NCBI GenBank assembly: GCA_964427835.1
Contig: CAYRVR010000001.1
Coordinates: 1 to 63,383, forward strand
DNA length: 63,383 nucleotides
Direction: 5' to 3'
Origin: an uncultured Sulfurimonas sp.
Lineage (GTDB): Bacteria > Campylobacterota > Campylobacteria > Campylobacterales > Sulfurimonadaceae
Below the pieces are notes generated by a model. The model did not search any database, was not told the DNA's origin, and saw only the letters and a program-made list of their open reading frames with translations. The position numbers were made by a program, and so were the translations under genes. Of the stretch, positions 59,849-63,383 are shown one piece after another. Position 1 is the stretch's first letter. Each line of letters opens with the position of its first letter.

Positions 59849-60585
59849 CTATCTTTCTATTTCACCTGGATAAGAAACTATTCCATTTGTTAAGTTTCCT
59901 ATTTTTGTATATCCGTTGTCTGTTAAAATTCTTGCAACATGTGCTGAACGGCTACCAACATGACAGTAAACGATGATATTGTCATCTTTACCTAGTTTTG
60001 TCTCCTCCCATGTTGGAAAAACGATGATGTTGGTACAAGTTTATCAGCACCTTTGATGTGTCCCATTTGCCATTCCATATGCTCACGTACATCAACAAGT
60101 GTGAAGTTTACCATTCCTAGTTCACGTGCTTCAAGTAAAGAGATAAGTTCGTCACCATCGAGTTCATCTTTATTGACTAGCATTTCACACTCTTCTTTTG
60201 TCAAACCACGTGAGTGTGCATGTGCTGCCTCTTCCATACCAAGTTCAATGCGCTTTTTTTCTGCAAACTCCGGAGTACAGAAAATACCACAGTGACAAAC
60301 ACCATCTTGGGGAATCTCTTTTTCTATTGCTGGTTTACATGGACAGATTCTATCCTCTACAGATTTCGGTTTTCCATTCTCTTCAACAACCATGAAACAT
60401 GGACAAAAACGTTTTTTGTACATCATCTTGTTACGAGCAAGACCCATTTGTACACCTTCATTCACATCCTCTTGAGGGTTATATACCCATCCAAATTGTG
60501 CATTTACTTTATCTGTAAATTTTATTGTCTTTTCTAACTCTGCTTGAAATTCTGGAGAATTCATGTCTATTTTAATTATGCTCAT
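59849..60585 (-). pseudogene. Ferredoxin:thioredoxin reductase catalytic-type domain fused to a rhodanese domain, interrupted by a 1-nt frameshift near 60012
   Basis: CPC..CPC..CHC motifs; LVDVRE..EW..GHI.GA rhodanese start; the shifted frame continues WEETKLGKDDNIIVYCHVGSRSAHVARILTDNGYTKIGNLTNGIVSYPGEIER to TAG at 59849-59851 (737 nt, one short of 246 codons). Confidence 0.85.
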
Positions 60586-60603
60586 ATTATTTCCTTTTTT
60601 ATA

Positions 60604-61824
60604 TTACTTTTTATTTCTTTGTGCTTTACCTTCAATGATAAAGCGTAGTGCATTGAGTTTAATGAAACCCTCTGCATCTTTTTGATTGTAAACTTCATCC
60701 TCTTCAAAAGTTGAGTACTCGGGATTAAAGAGAGATACATCGGAACTTCTACCAACTACAGTTACGTTTCCTTTGTAGAGTTTTAGACGTACTTTTCCTT
60801 CTACAAATTCTTGTGTATTATCAATGGCAGCTTGAAGCATTTCACGTTCTGGTGACCACCAAAAACCATTGTAAATGAGTTTTGCATAGCGTGGCATCAT
60901 CTCATCTTTGAGGTGTGCTGCTTCACGGTCAAGTGTAATTGACTCCATCGCACGGTGCGCTTTAAGCATAATAGTTCCACCCGGAGTTTCATAGCATCCA
61001 CGTGCTTTCATACCCACAAAGCGGTTTTCTACGATGTCAACACGTCCAATTCCATGTTTGTTTCCAAGCTCATTGAGTGTTTTGAGCATTGTTGCAGGTG
61101 AGAGTTCCTCTCCATTGAGTGCAATCGGATCACCTTTTTTATAAGTGAGTTCTATATATTCTGGTGTATCAGGGGCACTCTCAGGCGAATTTGTCCATAA
61201 CCACATAGACTCTTCTGGTTCTGCTGCAGGATCTTCTAATATGCCACCCTCATAAGAGATATGTAAAAGGTTTGCATCCATTGAATAAGGTGATTTTTTT
61301 CCTTTTTTCTCAATTTTAATGCCGTGTTTAGCAGCGTATGCTAAAAGTTTTTCACGAGAGTTTAAATCCCACTCACGCCATGGAGCGATAATAGTAAGTG
61401 TAGAGTCTTGTCCAAGGTAACCCATCTCAAAACGTACCTGGTCATTTCCTTTTCCTGTAGCACCATGACTTACGCCATCTGCTCCTGTTATTTTTGCAAT
61501 TTCTGCTTGACGTTTTGCAATAAGAGGACGTGCTATAGAAGTTCCTAAAAGGTATTCTCCTTCATAAATAGCATTTGCATGAAACATTGGGAAAACGAAA
61601 TCTTTTACAAATTCTTCACGTAAATCATCTATAAAAATATTTTCAGGTTTAATGCCAAGTTCAAGTGCTTTTGCACGAGCAGGTTCAAGCTCTTCTCCTT
61701 GACCTAAATCTGCTGTAAAAGTTACAACTTCACACTTGTATTCATCTTGAAGCCATTTTAAAATTACACTAGTATCAAGCCCACCAGAATAGGCTAGTAC
61801 TACTTTTTTAACACTTTTTTTCAT
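60604..61824 (-). CDS. argG: Argininosuccinate synthase
   Basis: [30 protein letters not shown]. Confidence 0.97.
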   Translation of the reverse strand: MKKSVKKVVLAYSGGLDTSVILKWLQDEYKCEVVTFTADLGQGEELEPARAKALELGIKPENIFIDDLREEFVKDFVFPMFHANAIYEGEYLLGTSIARPLIAKRQAEIAKITGADGVSHGATGKGNDQVRFEMGYLGQDSTLTIIAPWREWDLNSREKLLAYAAKHGIKIEKKGKKSPYSMDANLLHISYEGGILEDPAAEPEESMWLWTNSPESAPDTPEYIELTYKKGDPIALNGEELSPATMLKTLNELGNKHGIGRVDIVENRFVGMKARGCYETPGGTIMLKAHRAMESITLDREAAHLKDEMMPRYAKLIYNGFWWSPEREMLQAAIDNTQEFVEGKVRLKLYKGNVTVVGRSSDVSLFNPEYSTFEEDEVYNQKDAEGFIKLNALRFIIEGKAQRNKK

Positions 61825-61926
61825 TTACAAAAACCTTCTATTCTAAAATTGCCGCGATTATAACAAAAATTATGTGAGACTTTGCTTATAGCATATAAGA
61901 AGGAAAGGATAGGTAGGGTAGCATAA

Positions 61927-61958
61927 AGGAAGTGCGTTGTATAGTTGCGCACACTCCT
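61927..61958 (-). terminator. Hairpin immediately after the flaG stop
   Basis: Imperfect inverted repeat AGGAAGTGCG..CGCACACTCCT followed by a pyrimidine-rich tract on the minus strand. Confidence 0.45.
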
Positions 61959-61959
61959 G

Positions 61960-62361
61960 TTAGCCTTTTGAATCAAATAATATACCACTCACTTCTTGCA
62001 TTTTTGGTAAAAATTCTTGCGCTTTTTCTGCTGGAAATCGGCGTATCATTCTATCTGTTTTTGTATCAATTACAGATACATAAAAAACATCCTGCATATC
62101 AACACCAAATTTGATGTCTGTTGTAATAGGAGCAAGGGCATTGTTGAGCTTTTTTACTAAATCTTCCATCTTATCTTTTGAATCAACTTTATGTGATGTT
62201 GGATTAACGTCTTGTTTTTGCATCTCTTTTACGAGATCTTTCTTTTGCTGCGTTTGTTCTGTATGTTGAACGCGTTGAGACTGTTCTTGCGCTCTTGCAT
62301 GATTTTCTGCAGAACCTACTTGTGATTGTTGTTGTCTTGCAACATGTGCAATGCCATCCAT
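61960..62361 (-). CDS. flaG: Flagellar protein FlaG
   Basis: LN..L...IKF.V...FYVSVID..T..MIRRFPAE, GILFD.KG C-terminus; AAGGAG RBS. Confidence 0.88.
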   Translation of the reverse strand: MDGIAHVARQQQSQVGSAENHARAQEQSQRVQHTEQTQQKKDLVKEMQKQDVNPTSHKVDSKDKMEDLVKKLNNALAPITTDIKFGVDMQDVFYVSVIDTKTDRMIRRFPAEKAQEFLPKMQEVSGILFDSKG

Positions 62362-62403
62362 GACACACTCCTTTTAATTTAAAAAGTATAACTAATAGCA
62401 AGA

Positions 62404-62430
62404 GTATCGTCTGTTTTTTCTAAAACTTTA
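62404..62430 (-). promoter_or_regulatory. Sigma-28 (FliA) promoter of flaG
   Basis: TAAA-N15-GACGATAC on the minus strand, matching the TAAA-N15-GCCGATAA consensus. Confidence 0.8.
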
Positions 62431-62484
62431 ATAAAAAGATGAATTTTTTTCTTTATCTTGATATTTTATGATACTCTTGCGTTT

Positions 62485-63383
62485 ATGAAAGCTTACGTGC
62501 AATTACTTCAAAAAGAAACAACTTTAAAAAGACTCTCACTTATTCAACTTATATCTTATTTTGGTGCCTGGTTTAGTAATATCGCGATATATACATTACT
62601 TATTCAGCTCAATGTCTCAGCATCTGTAGTGGCTTTTGTAGCAATGTTAAATTTTTTATCTGGGGTTATTCAAGCACCTCTTTCTGGGCCAATAATTGAC
62701 AGAGTAACTCCAAAAAAATTAATGCTCTTTTTAATTGTTATTGAAATTATTGCCACATTGGCATTAGTCTTTGTAAGCCAACTCAGTGATTTGTGGCTTT
62801 TGTATATTCTCATCTTTTTTAAAATGGCAGCTGCATCTTTTTACTTTACAACAGAGATGTCACTTTTACCTAAAATTTTACATGGTCAAAAGCTACAGTT
62901 GGCCAATGAATTGCACTCAATTATTTGGTCACTCTCTTATACGCTTGGAATGGCAATAAGTGGTTTTTTTGTTTATAGTTTTGGCATTAAGGCTGCGTTT
63001 GTTTTTGATGCAATGATGTTTGTTGTAGCGTTAAGCATTTTATATAAGACTCCTATTAAAGTAGAAGTGCTCCATATTGAAGAAAATATACTGCGTATGA
63101 TGCAAGAGACTTTTGTTTATTTGAAAAAAACACCAAAAGCTTTGCACCTGATGATAGTACACTCTTTTGTTGGACTTACTGCGTTTGATGCACTTGTTGC
63201 GCTGATGGTCGATAAGTATTATAGCTCTGTGCTAGCTGCTTCATTGGCTCTTGGACTTTTGCACTCTATGCGTGCCATAGGCTTGGTTATAGGGCCCATT
63301 TACATTGGAAAATGGATTAATAACAAACGACTTGTCTTTATTTTTATAGCACAAGGGTTGGCGATTTGGCTCTGGGCATTTGT
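62485..63383 (+). CDS. MFS transporter (partial, runs off the window; not in the ORF track)
   Basis: MKAYVQLLQ..LISYFGAWFS..SGPIIDRVTPKKLM motif A-like; open to the window end. Confidence 0.85.
   Translation, partial: MKAYVQLLQKETTLKRLSLIQLISYFGAWFSNIAIYTLLIQLNVSASVVAFVAMLNFLSGVIQAPLSGPIIDRVTPKKLMLFLIVIEIIATLALVFVSQLSDLWLLYILIFFKMAAASFYFTTEMSLLPKILHGQKLQLANELHSIIWSLSYTLGMAISGFFVYSFGIKAAFVFDAMMFVVALSILYKTPIKVEVLHIEENILRMMQETFVYLKKTPKALHLMIVHSFVGLTAFDALVALMVDKYYSSVLAASLALGLLHSMRAIGLVIGPIYIGKWINNKRLVFIFIAQGLAIWLWAF

Noticed and set aside
1236-62401. Many 60-156 aa ORFs in the track overlapping larger genes (e.g. 3598-4068, 15169-15543, 30387-30713, 34172-34579, 57918-58382)
   Set aside because: Antisense or off-frame shadows of well-supported genes, with no recognisable motifs
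1-63383. CRISPR array, IS/transposase, prophage, rRNA or defence system
   Set aside because: No spaced repeats or recognisable genes of these kinds; intergenic gaps are short and nearly all accounted for

Overview
AT-rich, gene-dense chromosomal window from a Campylobacterota bacterium. Gene content and order suggest a Sulfurimonas-like organism (inference, no search run). Housekeeping blocks: rodA-rluD-FN3 lipoprotein-trmB-ftsEX-envC-thrC, proC/proA, rsmH-ftsL, galU, metYX-xseB, yebC-yigZ, a type II/type IV (Cts/MSHA-like) envelope machine, csd4/csd6-like peptidases, era-hslUV-rplI, argG and flaG. They surround a ~15 kb denitrification/NO region (16.4-31.5 kb) with a Dnr/NssR-type Crp/Fnr regulator, norCB, nirS and heme d1 genes (nirC, J, F, E, fused nirDL, sirC). 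Four TTGAT-N4-ATCAA-type boxes, each exactly 22 nt from a -10 hexamer, define a regulon readable from the sequence. It includes several uncharacterised genes: a DUF2249-like + 12-TM His-repeat membrane protein + DUF59 module, a string of small membrane proteins behind nirDL, and two small membrane proteins flanking norCB. Two of these small ORFs (50 and 53 aa) are missing from the ORF track. Other oddities: a frameshifted ferredoxin:thioredoxin reductase-rhodanese fusion, a His-less Hpt domain, a nitrilase-fold protein lacking its catalytic Lys/Cys, and a Nudix gene overlapping a tRNA 3' end. No CRISPR, IS element, integrase or prophage was seen. All family calls come from motif recognition by eye.
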